Source: a virus (Duplodnaviria; Caudoviricetes). From it: 64,000 nt of DNA. Under the pieces are notes generated by a model that ran no database searches, was not told the DNA's origin, and saw only the letters and a program-made list of their open reading frames with translations. The position numbers were made by a program, and so were the translations under genes. Positions 7,444 to 17,352 of this stretch are shown one piece after another (position 1 is the first letter of the stretch; each line of letters starts with the position of its first letter). The stretch spans positions 8,928 to 72,927 of the IMG/VR virus record IMGVR_UViG_3300031994_000079. One strand, written 5' to 3'.

Positions 7444-7640
7444 CGTGTTCTGATTTTGTGTTCGAATATCTGTTCGAAAAAATGTTTCACGATATGTTTC
7501 ACGAATTGTGTCAAAATCATACACAATTCTTTATCATTTTAGCGTGTTAAAGTTAGCGACTGCTAACCCCCATACACGTCAACACTTCACAGTGCTAAAG
7601 CGTGCAGAGACGAGAGTTTCTCACTCCCACGTCGGCTGTA

Positions 7641-7728
7641 TTTTTCTAAAGAACTACCGTGTTCTGGCACTTTTTCTAAAGAACTGCGGAAAAGTCGGTT
7701 TTTATTTTGGTAGGATTTTCTAAAGAAC
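7641..7728 (+). repeat. three direct repeats TTTTCTAAAGAAC upstream of packaging operon
   Basis: Copies at about 7642, 7672 and 7716. Confidence 0.8.
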
Positions 7729-7735
7729 GCCCGAG

Positions 7736-7764
7736 TTGATTTTCAAGGTTTCTTATATTATAGT
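7736..7764 (+). promoter_or_regulatory. sigmaA-type promoter of packaging operon
   Basis: TTGATT-N17-TATAGT. Confidence 0.65.
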
Positions 7765-7787
7765 ATGTTTCAAAGAGGTGATTTATA

Positions 7788-8108
7788 GTGGCTGATTTAA
7801 CAGGAGCGAGAAAGAAACTTATAACCGCCCTTAATAAGGTATATGATATGAAGCTCTTATATACAACAAGGGAATTTATGGGGAAAGAAGGTTATCCTCA
7901 TACTATGTATGGTCTTTCTCAGGCTGTTTGGGATGAGGAGAAAGGAAAGTACAGCTCTATGAAGATTTACGAAACGGCTTCTTTAATTCGCCTGATTTTA
8001 TATTTAAGGGATTTATTATTTTTGGCGCAAGGGAAGAGTTTACCTATGGATAATGAAATGTGGAATGAGAAGAGGCCTAAGGAATTATTGGCTTTGGAAA
8101 AGGAGTAG
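7788..8108 (+). CDS. hypothetical protein upstream of terminase
   Basis: 106 aa, GAGGTG RBS, GTG start. Confidence 0.75.
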   Translation: MADLTGARKKLITALNKVYDMKLLYTTREFMGKEGYPHTMYGLSQAVWDEEKGKYSSMKIYETASLIRLILYLRDLLFLAQGKSLPMDNEMWNEKRPKELLALEKE

Positions 8109-8111
8109 TTT

Positions 8112-8558
8112 ATGGGCGCTACGTATATGGGTTTTGGGGCACTTAGAAGAAATACTGTAAGGAATGCGGATGATAAGATATTTGGTGTTTCTTATGCAAT
8201 AAGATTTACCAATAGTGCGCCGAGAGGGGCTAATTTTTCAAAACCTTCTGAGGACAATATACAGATGGTTATTAGGGCAGAAGATGGCGAGGATATTTTA
8301 ATGCAGTTCCAACTTAGCAGGAATAATTTACAGATAAGAGCTTATGACCCTAATGTGGCTGTTTCTGCCAGGGCTGTGGTTGACGGGAAATACCCTTCCA
8401 TAGATACTGTCATTAAGGAAGGGAAAACTTTGGCTGACAGAATGAATGCCCAGAAGCTCAAAGACATTACAAAGAAAACTCTGGCAGGTGTTTCTGTTGA
8501 AAGTCTTTCACGTATTTATAATGAACTTGTCTTGAGAAAGAAAAGGAGGAGAAGATGA
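8112..8558 (+). CDS. hypothetical protein
   Basis: 148 aa, basic C-terminus. Confidence 0.7.
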   Translation: MGATYMGFGALRRNTVRNADDKIFGVSYAIRFTNSAPRGANFSKPSEDNIQMVIRAEDGEDILMQFQLSRNNLQIRAYDPNVAVSARAVVDGKYPSIDTVIKEGKTLADRMNAQKLKDITKKTLAGVSVESLSRIYNELVLRKKRRRR

Positions 8559-9070
8559 CTGTTGATGAGTTAATGGAGAATTTTCAGAAATATACTAATT
8601 ATAAGGAACTTCTCACTACTAATTCAGGCCATGAAATTTCACCTAAAGAACATAAGTTTGTTAATTCTTATATGATAAATGGTGACCCGGCTGTTGCGGC
8701 TAAGGATGCAGGCTATGTTATTAAGAATAAGACAACTTATGAGAATATAGGCAAAAGACTTCTCAAAAAACCCTATATCTATGAGGAGATTCTTTATAGG
8801 ATAGAGGAAATGAATAAGTCTCAGATAGCGGACGAGCAGGAAGTTATGAGATATTTTACAGCAGTCATGAGAGGGGAAGTCAAAGACCAGTTTGACCTTG
8901 ATGCCCCGCTTTCTGAAAGGACATCGGCTGCCAAAGAACTTGCCAAGAGGTTGATAGATGTACCAGCTAAACAGGCAGACACAGCTATTCAGATAAACCT
9001 TAATTGGAGCCGAGAACCAGTTTTAGAAACAGAATATGTAGAATCAGAGGTAGTTGCGGATGCAGTATAA
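8555..9070 (+). CDS. terS: terminase small subunit
   Basis: SPKEHKFVNSYMINGDPAVAAKDAGY...LLKKP HTH and EQEVMRYFTAVMRGE...SERTSAAKELAKR motifs; directly before TerL. Confidence 0.85.
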   Translation: MTVDELMENFQKYTNYKELLTTNSGHEISPKEHKFVNSYMINGDPAVAAKDAGYVIKNKTTYENIGKRLLKKPYIYEEILYRIEEMNKSQIADEQEVMRYFTAVMRGEVKDQFDLDAPLSERTSAAKELAKRLIDVPAKQADTAIQINLNWSREPVLETEYVESEVVADAV

Positions 9071-10337
9071 CCTATCTATCAAAGATAATGTAATTCCTAT
9101 GTTTGATGATGTTTTAGAGGATATTCTGGAACATAATCATGTACATTATGTTTTTAAAGGCGGCAGAGGAAGCACCAAATCATCATTTATTTCTCTTGCA
9201 ATACCTCTTCTTATTATAAAAAACCCCAATATTCACGTTGTTGTTTTTAGAAAAGTCGGGAATACCATGAAAAACAGCGTTTGGGGACAGGTTGTTTGGG
9301 GCATAAATCGTTGGGGACTTGATAGCCTTTTTCATATACCTAAATCTATAGCAAATCCCATAATTTATAAGCCTACAGGGCAACAGATTATGTTTTTTGG
9401 CTTGGATGACCCCAATAAAGTCAAGTCTGTTAAGTTACCTTTTGGGTATATAGCAGTTACTTGGTTTGAGGAACTTGACCAGTATGCTGGAGAAGCGGAA
9501 ATTCGTAAAGTTTTGCAGTCTACCATGCGTGGTGGACCTATATTTTGGGATTTTCGTTCTTTTAACCCACCTATTTCTAATATGAATTGGGCGAATCAGT
9601 ATGCCACGGATGCTATGTCAAGAGAAAATACGCTTGTTACCAGCAATACTTATTTAGATGTACCAGAAGATTGGCTTGGGCAAGCATTTTTAGACGAAGC
9701 AGAAGACCTAAAAGAGACAAATCCACGAGCTTACGAGCATGAATATTTAGGAATACCAGTTGGAACCGGGGGAAATGTGTTTGAAAATGTCGAAGCTCTT
9801 TATATGGATGACGAACTTATAATGAGTTTTGAGAGAATTTACAGTGGAGTGGATTGGGGTTGGTATCCTGACCCATTTGCCTTTGTAAAATGTGCTTTTA
9901 ATGCCAATAGACGAGACTTATATATCTTTGCAGAATTTAGAACCAACAAAATGTCAAATAAGGATACCTATAATAAGCTGTATAATGAGCTTACTTACGG
10001 AAATGATATTCCTTTTATGCGACCAGATGAGATTGTGACCTGTGATAGTGCTGAACCTAAATCTGTTTCTGACTATAAATCTTACGGTGGATATGGTGCC
10101 AGACCTGCTGAAAAGGGACCTGACAGCATAGTTTATTCAATGAAATGGCTACAATCACTTAATCATATTTATATTGACCCAAATCGTTGTCCAGGTACAT
10201 ATAAAGAGTTTGTGGAGTATGAGTATGAAAGAGATAAAAATGATGAAGTCATAAGTGGTTATCCAGACCTGAACAACCACAGTATAGATGCCACTCGCTA
10301 TAGTCTGGAACGTTACTGGAAGAGGAGAGGGCAGTGA
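9060..10337 (+). CDS. terL: terminase large subunit (PBSX-like)
   Basis: Walker A GGRGSTKS, Walker B WFEE, SFNPP coupling motif, nuclease GVDWG and NHSIDATRY. Confidence 0.95.
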   Translation: MQYNLSIKDNVIPMFDDVLEDILEHNHVHYVFKGGRGSTKSSFISLAIPLLIIKNPNIHVVVFRKVGNTMKNSVWGQVVWGINRWGLDSLFHIPKSIANPIIYKPTGQQIMFFGLDDPNKVKSVKLPFGYIAVTWFEELDQYAGEAEIRKVLQSTMRGGPIFWDFRSFNPPISNMNWANQYATDAMSRENTLVTSNTYLDVPEDWLGQAFLDEAEDLKETNPRAYEHEYLGIPVGTGGNVFENVEALYMDDELIMSFERIYSGVDWGWYPDPFAFVKCAFNANRRDLYIFAEFRTNKMSNKDTYNKLYNELTYGNDIPFMRPDEIVTCDSAEPKSVSDYKSYGGYGARPAEKGPDSIVYSMKWLQSLNHIYIDPNRCPGTYKEFVEYEYERDKNDEVISGYPDLNNHSIDATRYSLERYWKRRGQ

Positions 10338-10366
10338 TTGTCCTTAGGACATATGTGTGTTATAAT
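10338..10366 (+). promoter_or_regulatory. sigmaA-type promoter of portal gene
   Basis: TTGTCC-N17-TATAAT; TGTCC-TTA-GGACA palindrome over the -35. Confidence 0.6.
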
Positions 10367-10403
10367 ATATTTGGTAGTGGTAAGTATAAGAGGGAGATAA
10401 ACA

Positions 10404-12287
10404 ATGAACTTTTATGACGTATGGAATAAAATTAAAGAAAGGGTAAAAGGTATGTTTGGTCCTAAAGAAATTGAAAGAGCAATAAAAGTTGCACCTACGC
10501 TATCATCAAAGATGGCAGATGCTATAACATTGTGGAGTAATATGTATGAAGATAATCCACCTTGGCTGAAAGAAGCTACAAAAGATAACCCTACAAGAGT
10601 TGTTTCTTTAGGATTACCTTCTCTTATAGCAAGTGAAAAGGCAAGACTTGCAACTCTTGAAATGGAATCAGAGATTACCACACCTGTCAAAGAAGTTGAA
10701 AAAGAAAATCCTGATTATCAGCCGCCTTCTATTGATGAGACAACAGGTCAGATTTCAATGGGTGTTGGTGAAACAACAATCAAAGAAGATGTACCTATCG
10801 GCAATACAGATAGAGCAGAGTTCCTCAACGAGCAATATAAAAAGCTCAAAAAACATATAAGGAGACAGCTTGAATATGGTATTGCTAAGGGTGGTCTGGT
10901 AATTAAGCCGTATATCATGCTACATGACGATTTTAATGATGCTTCTACACGCACAGAGACAGCTCAAAATGACGATTTAAAATCAAAGTCGATAAATACT
11001 ACAATACGCAATAAAAAACTTCATTTTGACAATAATTTAGACGCTGAGACAAAGAATAAATATAAAGCTGATATAGAATTTGATTTTATACAGGCAGATA
11101 ACTTTTATCCTCTTTCTTTTGACGCAAATGGCAAGATTATTGAGGCTGCATTTATTCAGAGAAGATTGGATAAAGAATACGTTTATAGCAGACTTGAATA
11201 TCATAAACTTGAAGGCAGAACTGTAACAGTAAGCAATTATGCTTATAAAAAGAATAGGACAATAGAGCTTACAAGCCCTAATAGATTAGAAGTTGATTTA
11301 GGACAAGAAGTACCGCTTTCAAGTGTACCAGAATGGGCAGATTTACAACCTACTGTGACTATTGAAGGTGTTGATAGACTTCTTTTTGCATACTTTAAGA
11401 TGCCCGAAGCTAATACAATCGACACTCATAGTCCTTTAGGTGTTAGTGCATATAGTAGAGTAGTCAATCTTATAAAAGACGCCGACTATCAATATTCTCG
11501 TCTGTTATGGGAATATGAAGGTGGTGAATTAGCTATTGATGTTGACCGAGACGCTCTTAAACTTATTACTGATGCTAATGGTAATGATGTTACTCGATTA
11601 CCAATAATGCAGGAAAGACTGTTCAGAAAAGTAGACCTTAATGCAGAAGATACTTATAATGTATTTGCGCCAGAGTTAAGAGACACAGCTATAATAAATG
11701 GTCTTAATACGATTCTTATGAGGATAGAAGATGCAATAGGTCTTTCAAGAGGAACAATCTCAGGTGACCCTCAGTTTGTAGCTACCGAGGCTAAGACAGC
11801 TACAGAAATGAAGATATTAAAGCAGAGGAGTTATTCAACCAATGCTGACATACAGGAAGCCCTTGAAGATGCTCTTAGGGATGTTATTTATGTAATGGAT
11901 GTGTATGCAACATTATATAGCGTAACTACCGAAGGTAAATATGAAGTTTCGTTTGAGTGGGATGATAGTATTCTGGTAGATGCAGAATCAGAGCTTACCA
12001 AGAGGTTATCACTTATAGATGCGGGTCTTGCCTCTAAACTTGAGGTAAGAATGTGGTACTTTGGTGAGACTGAAAATCAGGCTAAGGCAGCATTACAGAA
12101 GATTGACGAGGAGAACAAACGTGCGATTGAGACTAATATGATGGCACAGTCACAATTAGGTCAGGTAGCACAACAGCAGTCTTTTAAAGGATTAGAAAAA
12201 GACCCAGCTACAAAGAACGCTCAATTAAAACAAGAGGGAACTGCTAAACAGACAGCACAGGCAATAAAGTCTAAAAATAACGAATAA
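10404..12287 (+). CDS. portal protein (SPP1/A118-type) with insertions
   Basis: Position after TerL; PLGVSAYS, AKTATE, FEWDDSIL motifs. Confidence 0.9.
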   Translation: MNFYDVWNKIKERVKGMFGPKEIERAIKVAPTLSSKMADAITLWSNMYEDNPPWLKEATKDNPTRVVSLGLPSLIASEKARLATLEMESEITTPVKEVEKENPDYQPPSIDETTGQISMGVGETTIKEDVPIGNTDRAEFLNEQYKKLKKHIRRQLEYGIAKGGLVIKPYIMLHDDFNDASTRTETAQNDDLKSKSINTTIRNKKLHFDNNLDAETKNKYKADIEFDFIQADNFYPLSFDANGKIIEAAFIQRRLDKEYVYSRLEYHKLEGRTVTVSNYAYKKNRTIELTSPNRLEVDLGQEVPLSSVPEWADLQPTVTIEGVDRLLFAYFKMPEANTIDTHSPLGVSAYSRVVNLIKDADYQYSRLLWEYEGGELAIDVDRDALKLITDANGNDVTRLPIMQERLFRKVDLNAEDTYNVFAPELRDTAIINGLNTILMRIEDAIGLSRGTISGDPQFVATEAKTATEMKILKQRSYSTNADIQEALEDALRDVIYVMDVYATLYSVTTEGKYEVSFEWDDSILVDAESELTKRLSLIDAGLASKLEVRMWYFGETENQAKAALQKIDEENKRAIETNMMAQSQLGQVAQQQSFKGLEKDPATKNAQLKQEGTAKQTAQAIKSKNNE

Positions 12288-12446
12288 ATGTTTGCATTTT
12301 CCTTTATGTTGTAGTATATTAAATGTGTAGAGGGATTACCTCTTCAACATATCGTTCAGCATAAGAACATTTAAAAAAATGTCGTTCCAGTGGAGAGAGG
12401 CTCCACATTTAATCAAAAATCATTCAGAATGTAGGAGGAATTGAAT

Positions 12447-13127
12447 ATGGATTTTTTGAAAGCACTTTTTGAGGGCAACGAAACTGGTACTTTGACTTAT
12501 GAGCAGTTCGCTTCGGCCGCTAAAGCAAGCGGAATAAAGTTGGCAGATTTGTCAAAAGGCGAATATGTGGCTAAGAAGAAGTACGAAGATGACCTAAATG
12601 GCAAAGAAACTCTTATAGCGGATTTAAATGCCACTATTGATACGAGAAACACAGACTTGAAAGCACTTCAGGAGAAACTGGACAAGGCGGGTACAGATTC
12701 TACACAGATAGAGAATCTATCTGGTGAGCTTGAAAAATTAAGAAAAGATTATGATAAGGCAACAAAGGAATATAATTCTAAGTTGCAGAAACAGGCATAT
12801 GAGTTTGCTGTAAAAGAATTTGCTGGTGAGCAGTCATTTTCAAGTAACGCCGCAAGAAGGGATTTCATCAATTCTATGCTTGCAAAGAATTTGCCAATGG
12901 AAAACGGCAATATAATGGGAGCAAAAGATTACATGGCAGAGTATGCTAAGGACAATAGTGATGCTTTTGTAGTCAAAGAGGAACCTAAGCCGAATGATAA
13001 TTTGCCTAAGTTCGCAAGTAATACTACAGACCCGAATAATGCGGGAGCAAATGGCCATAAGCAGTCCCTGTCAGAACTTATGAAAGCAAAAAATGATAAC
13101 CCGAGCATGATAATAAACTTCGGGTAA
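12447..13127 (+). CDS. capsid scaffolding protein (GP20-like)
   Basis: Coiled coil between portal and capsid genes; AGGAGG RBS. Confidence 0.8.
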   Translation: MDFLKALFEGNETGTLTYEQFASAAKASGIKLADLSKGEYVAKKKYEDDLNGKETLIADLNATIDTRNTDLKALQEKLDKAGTDSTQIENLSGELEKLRKDYDKATKEYNSKLQKQAYEFAVKEFAGEQSFSSNAARRDFINSMLAKNLPMENGNIMGAKDYMAEYAKDNSDAFVVKEEPKPNDNLPKFASNTTDPNNAGANGHKQSLSELMKAKNDNPSMIINFG

Positions 13128-13149
13128 GTTATAACAGGAGGATATTATA

Positions 13150-14508
13150 ATGGGAGAATATTTTGATTCCAAGTTGTTTAATGGAGAAGTATTCCAGAAG
13201 TACGTAGACCGTATTCCTAACGTACATCTTAACCAGCTTATTCAGTCTGGCGCTATTGTAGCAAGGCCTGAACTTGCACAGTCAATGTCAGACCAGGTTG
13301 GTGGTAACTATCTTACAACTCCCCTTAAGGGACTGATTGGCGGAGATCCACTTAACTATGATGGTGTTACAAACATTACGGCTACTTCAACAAAGACTTA
13401 CAGCCATTCAAGAGTTGTTGCAGGTCGTGCTAAAGCATGGACAGAAAAGGACTTCTCTTATGATATTACCGGTGGTGTTGATTTCATGGAGAACGTAGCA
13501 CAGCAGGTTTCTGAATACTGGACAGAGCAGGACCAGAAGACCCTTATTGCTATACTTGAGGGTGTGTTCGCTATGGTAGATGATGCTGGTGCTGAGTTTG
13601 TAGATAAGCATACCTATGACATTTCAACTCTTACGAATAGTGAAGGTAAGACTGGTCTTATGGATGCTACAACTCTTAATACTGGTATTCAGAAGGCATG
13701 TGGTGACCATAAGGGTAAGTTTAGTCTGGCTCTTATGCACTCAAAGGTTGCTACAAACCTTGAGAATATGAAGGTTCTTGTATACCTTAAGTACAATGAT
13801 GCAAACGGCATGGAGAGGGATCTCTCAATCGCAACGCTTAACGGCAGAATGGTTATTATAGATGATGATATGCCTGTTGAGAACATTGGCACAACTGCTG
13901 GTGTTTATACAATTACAATCGGTGGTTCACCTGCTACTGGTGAGAAGTACACAGTAGATGATGCATCCTTTACGGTTGCTTCTACTGAGACTGCTACCGC
14001 AGTCGCTACTGGACTTGCTTCTGCCCTTGGTTCAAGCACTAAGTATACCGTATCACGTGATGGTGCTGTACTTACTCTTACAGAGAAGTCAGGACAGTAT
14101 GGTGTTGGTAAGCCTGCTGTTAATGCAGAGCCTGCTTCTGGTTCTTCGTCAGTAGGTGGAACAATCACTGCTGTAACTGCTACCGCACCTGTTGTAACAC
14201 CTAAGTATACAACTTATGTATTTGGACAGGGTGCAATCGAGTACACGAACTGTGGCGCTAAAGTTCCTTACGAAATGGATCGTAATCCTTATCAGAATGG
14301 TGGTGAGGACACACTTATTTCTCGTCAGAGAAAATGTTGGGCACCTTATGGAATTAGCTTCACAATGGAGAGTATGTCAACGCTTTCACCTACCAACACA
14401 GAACTTGGTCTTGGCGTAAACTGGGAGCTTGTTAATACCGGTGGTAGTGGTAAGCTGTATATTCCTCACAAGGCTATACCTATTGCAAGACTTCTGTCTC
14501 TTGGCTGA
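13150..14508 (+). CDS. major capsid protein with internal Thr/Ala/Gly-rich insert
   Basis: FDSKLFNGEVF...GRAKAWTEKDF...HSKVATNLE...GRMVIIDD coat-protein motifs. Confidence 0.9.
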   Translation: MGEYFDSKLFNGEVFQKYVDRIPNVHLNQLIQSGAIVARPELAQSMSDQVGGNYLTTPLKGLIGGDPLNYDGVTNITATSTKTYSHSRVVAGRAKAWTEKDFSYDITGGVDFMENVAQQVSEYWTEQDQKTLIAILEGVFAMVDDAGAEFVDKHTYDISTLTNSEGKTGLMDATTLNTGIQKACGDHKGKFSLALMHSKVATNLENMKVLVYLKYNDANGMERDLSIATLNGRMVIIDDDMPVENIGTTAGVYTITIGGSPATGEKYTVDDASFTVASTETATAVATGLASALGSSTKYTVSRDGAVLTLTEKSGQYGVGKPAVNAEPASGSSSVGGTITAVTATAPVVTPKYTTYVFGQGAIEYTNCGAKVPYEMDRNPYQNGGEDTLISRQRKCWAPYGISFTMESMSTLSPTNTELGLGVNWELVNTGGSGKLYIPHKAIPIARLLSLG

Positions 14509-14538
14509 TAGCCTATAAACATAGAAGGAGGTTTTGTC

Positions 14539-14982
14539 ATGTACCTTACATACGAAGAATATCAGGCATATGGAGGACAGTTAGACGAAACCTCCTTCAA
14601 TGATTTAGAGTATGATGCTGAATCAACAGTAAATTGGTATACATTCAATCGTCTTAAAAGACCTGAATGGTCAGCAGTATTAGGGACAGAAGAATTGAAA
14701 AGATGTGTGTACCAGCTTATAAGAGTGAAACAGCTTGAATATGATTTATTGGCCGCAAGTAGCGGTGGTAATTTTGGTATAGGCTGGCAGAAAGATGCTG
14801 GTATAACTCAGGAAATGAATGATGGTGTATCAACATCTTATAATGTTCTCAGCTCAGCCGAGCTTCTTGCATTTGCAAGTGGTACAAAACCAAAGAAAGA
14901 AATTATCGACAGATACCTTGGTAGTATTGTAAATGATTTAGGTCGTAAACTGCTTTACAGAGGAATATATCCTAACGAGTGA
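14539..14982 (+). CDS. head-tail connector / head completion protein
   Basis: YLTYEEYQAYGG start, LLYRGI end, position. Confidence 0.7.
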   Translation: MYLTYEEYQAYGGQLDETSFNDLEYDAESTVNWYTFNRLKRPEWSAVLGTEELKRCVYQLIRVKQLEYDLLAASSGGNFGIGWQKDAGITQEMNDGVSTSYNVLSSAELLAFASGTKPKKEIIDRYLGSIVNDLGRKLLYRGIYPNE

Positions 14983-14989
14983 GGTTAAT

Positions 14990-15436
14990 ATGAATCATTA
15001 TCCATCTTGGTGGGATAGAACGCTCACAGTTTACAATAAATATATAGACCCGCAAACTAAAGTAATCACTTGGCATAGGCATGTGGTTACTGATAGTTTT
15101 TGGAAATATGTGGGTGAAAAAGTAAGTGTGGGTAATACTATCTTAGAGACAAAAGATATAATTTGTCGAATACCTGTTCGAGAAGATTTTATGGAGAAAT
15201 ATCTATGGAATCAGTTACCCAATGATGAAATGGACAACTACTTTACGTTAGGTGAAAATGATGTTATAATAAATGGTGAAGTAGATGATATAGTTGATGA
15301 GTATACAACAGGTCACCGTTCATCAGATTTAGTAACCAAATACAAAGCATTACAAGGTTGTATGGTTATAAATCGTGTAGCTATCAATGTTGGTGGTGGT
15401 AGAGGTAATGAACATTACTATGTAAAGGGTACGTAA
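14990..15436 (+). CDS. head closure / minor capsid protein
   Basis: Position, beta-rich sequence. Confidence 0.6.
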   Translation: MNHYPSWWDRTLTVYNKYIDPQTKVITWHRHVVTDSFWKYVGEKVSVGNTILETKDIICRIPVREDFMEKYLWNQLPNDEMDNYFTLGENDVIINGEVDDIVDEYTTGHRSSDLVTKYKALQGCMVINRVAINVGGGRGNEHYYVKGT

Positions 15437-15808
15437 ATGTCAGTTAGAGTTTCAGTTCCTAATTTGAATAGCCGTATCAACGCAATCACTAAAGGTACAG
15501 ATGATGCAATATTGCAGGAGTTTCGCGCTAAAGGTTTAGAGATTGGCGAAGTATTTATACAGATGTGTACAAAATATGTACCTTGGAAAACAGGTATTCT
15601 TGCAGGTAGCGGTAATGCATATGTGGAAGGTAATAGAATAAGAGTATCATGGAATAGAGAAGCTCATGGCGTTGATATAGCACAAATCCAATATTATAAT
15701 GAAGATTATAAGCATGATGATTTAAGAACAGACCATTGGGATAAAGCTATGTTAGATTATGAGGGTGAAATATTCTATGACCGAGTAGAGGATATTCTTA
15801 CAAAATGA
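15437..15808 (+). CDS. minor capsid / neck protein
   Basis: KYVPWKTGILAGSG...IQYY...DHWD motif. Confidence 0.65.
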   Translation: MSVRVSVPNLNSRINAITKGTDDAILQEFRAKGLEIGEVFIQMCTKYVPWKTGILAGSGNAYVEGNRIRVSWNREAHGVDIAQIQYYNEDYKHDDLRTDHWDKAMLDYEGEIFYDRVEDILTK

Positions 15809-16293
15809 GTGTTGTAGAGAAAAATCAAGCTGTAATTGAATACCTAATGACTTGCCCAATAATAGCAAATAATCCATTATTCTTTAACTTTGCTCAAAAA
15901 GAGGATAGTAATCAGTTATTTATAAGATTTGCTGATAGTATGGAAACAACAAAAGAGTATATAGATGGTTCCAAAGAGCAGATATATACTTTTACTATGA
16001 TAGTCTATAAATCAGTTGCTTATAATCCTATGGTTGAAGGATTATCAGATGAAAACCTTGATGAATACATAGACGTAATCGCAATATCCGAATGGATAGA
16101 ACAGCAGAATGATAATAAAGTCTTTCCTAATTTTGGGGATGGCTATATTATAGATAGCATAGAAACTCTTACCAATGTTCCGAGTGTTAGCACTCAGCAG
16201 ACAGAGAGTGATATGCAACCCGCCTTAGCTCAATACAGTCTTGGTGTTCGTATCAAATACCTTGACACAAACAAAGTTTTATGGAACTCATAG
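15805..16293 (+). CDS. tail terminator-like protein
   Basis: Position before the major tail gene. Confidence 0.55.
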   Translation: MSVVEKNQAVIEYLMTCPIIANNPLFFNFAQKEDSNQLFIRFADSMETTKEYIDGSKEQIYTFTMIVYKSVAYNPMVEGLSDENLDEYIDVIAISEWIEQQNDNKVFPNFGDGYIIDSIETLTNVPSVSTQQTESDMQPALAQYSLGVRIKYLDTNKVLWNS

Positions 16294-16305
16294 GAGGAAT
16301 AAACA

Positions 16306-16827
16306 ATGGCAGCAACACAGTTTAATTTAGCCGCTGGTCAGAGAGCCGAGCGTAAGTTACTCATTACTGTTGCGGAGTGGACAGAAGGTTCATCACAGGT
16401 TCGTGAGATTCTTGGTACCCGTACTGAGGATTCAAGCATTGAATATAATGCTGATATTTCAACTACTACGGATATCAGAGGATTTAACTACACTGACCTT
16501 GAGAAGACCCAGCCTCAGCAGGCATTTGATCCGTTCTTAATCTTAGGCGGTTCAAAACTTGGTGCTTTGCTGAACGACATAAGGCGCAGAAACGCAGTAT
16601 CAGAACTCAATCAGTTTACCATGTACATTATAACCGCTTATATTGGTAATTCTACCAATGGTTATGAGGCAGAGAAGCACACGGGATGTACTATCACTTA
16701 CGATTCACTCGGTGGTGATACAAAGGTTAATTTCCCTATCACAGTTTACTTCTCCAACAATAGTGTAACTGGTAAGGTTAATAAGTTGACTGATGATTTT
16801 GAGTTTACACCTGATGTTACAGTTTAA
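16306..16827 (+). CDS. major tail (tube) protein
   Basis: Highly-expressed codon style, position, EDSSIEYN motif. Confidence 0.75.
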   Translation: MAATQFNLAAGQRAERKLLITVAEWTEGSSQVREILGTRTEDSSIEYNADISTTTDIRGFNYTDLEKTQPQQAFDPFLILGGSKLGALLNDIRRRNAVSELNQFTMYIITAYIGNSTNGYEAEKHTGCTITYDSLGGDTKVNFPITVYFSNNSVTGKVNKLTDDFEFTPDVTV

Positions 16828-16848
16828 TTGAAGGAGGATGATAGTTGT

Positions 16849-17349
16849 ATGGCAGTAAATGAAGTGAACACCAAAGTAGCAGATGATATTATTGATATAG
16901 ACTTGTCAGCTATAAAAAAGCAGAAATTCCGTATCAATGGTGACAATTCAAAAATATTAGAGCTTAATGTTTCAGATATGGGCCTTTTAGCGAGGTTAGA
17001 TGAAGTATATCCTAAGCTAATTAAGTCTCAGGAAAAAGTAGTTACTCTTGCAGATATGGAAGAAGATGCTGACGGTGATGCTGAAATACTGTCATCCACA
17101 GCTAAAAAACTCAAAGAGATTGACCAGGAAATGCGGGAGTATATAGACTTCATATTCCAGTCCAATGTATCTGAGGTTTGTGCTTCTGAGGGTTCAATGT
17201 ATGACCCGATAGATGGTGTGTTCAGATATGAACATATTATAGAAGCACTTGCCAAACTGTATGAAAACAATCTCGATAGAGAGTTTAGTAAGATGAAGGA
17301 TAGGATGAAGAAGCATACAGCCAAGTACACCAAGTCAAGAAAGAGGTAG
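16849..17349 (+). CDS. tail assembly chaperone
   Basis: AAGGAGG RBS before ATG 16849; acidic, helical. Confidence 0.6.
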   Translation: MAVNEVNTKVADDIIDIDLSAIKKQKFRINGDNSKILELNVSDMGLLARLDEVYPKLIKSQEKVVTLADMEEDADGDAEILSSTAKKLKEIDQEMREYIDFIFQSNVSEVCASEGSMYDPIDGVFRYEHIIEALAKLYENNLDREFSKMKDRMKKHTAKYTKSRKR

Positions 17350-17352
17350 TAA

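Larger units (their letters stand above)
6755..7633. other. GG-free, CC-poor compositional island
   Basis: No GG between 6754 and 7634; only three CC (6975, 7158, 7173) before 7567. Confidence 0.9.

Noticed and set aside
10690-11080. Inteins in the portal protein
   Set aside because: The two low-complexity insertions lack intein motifs and look like variable loops
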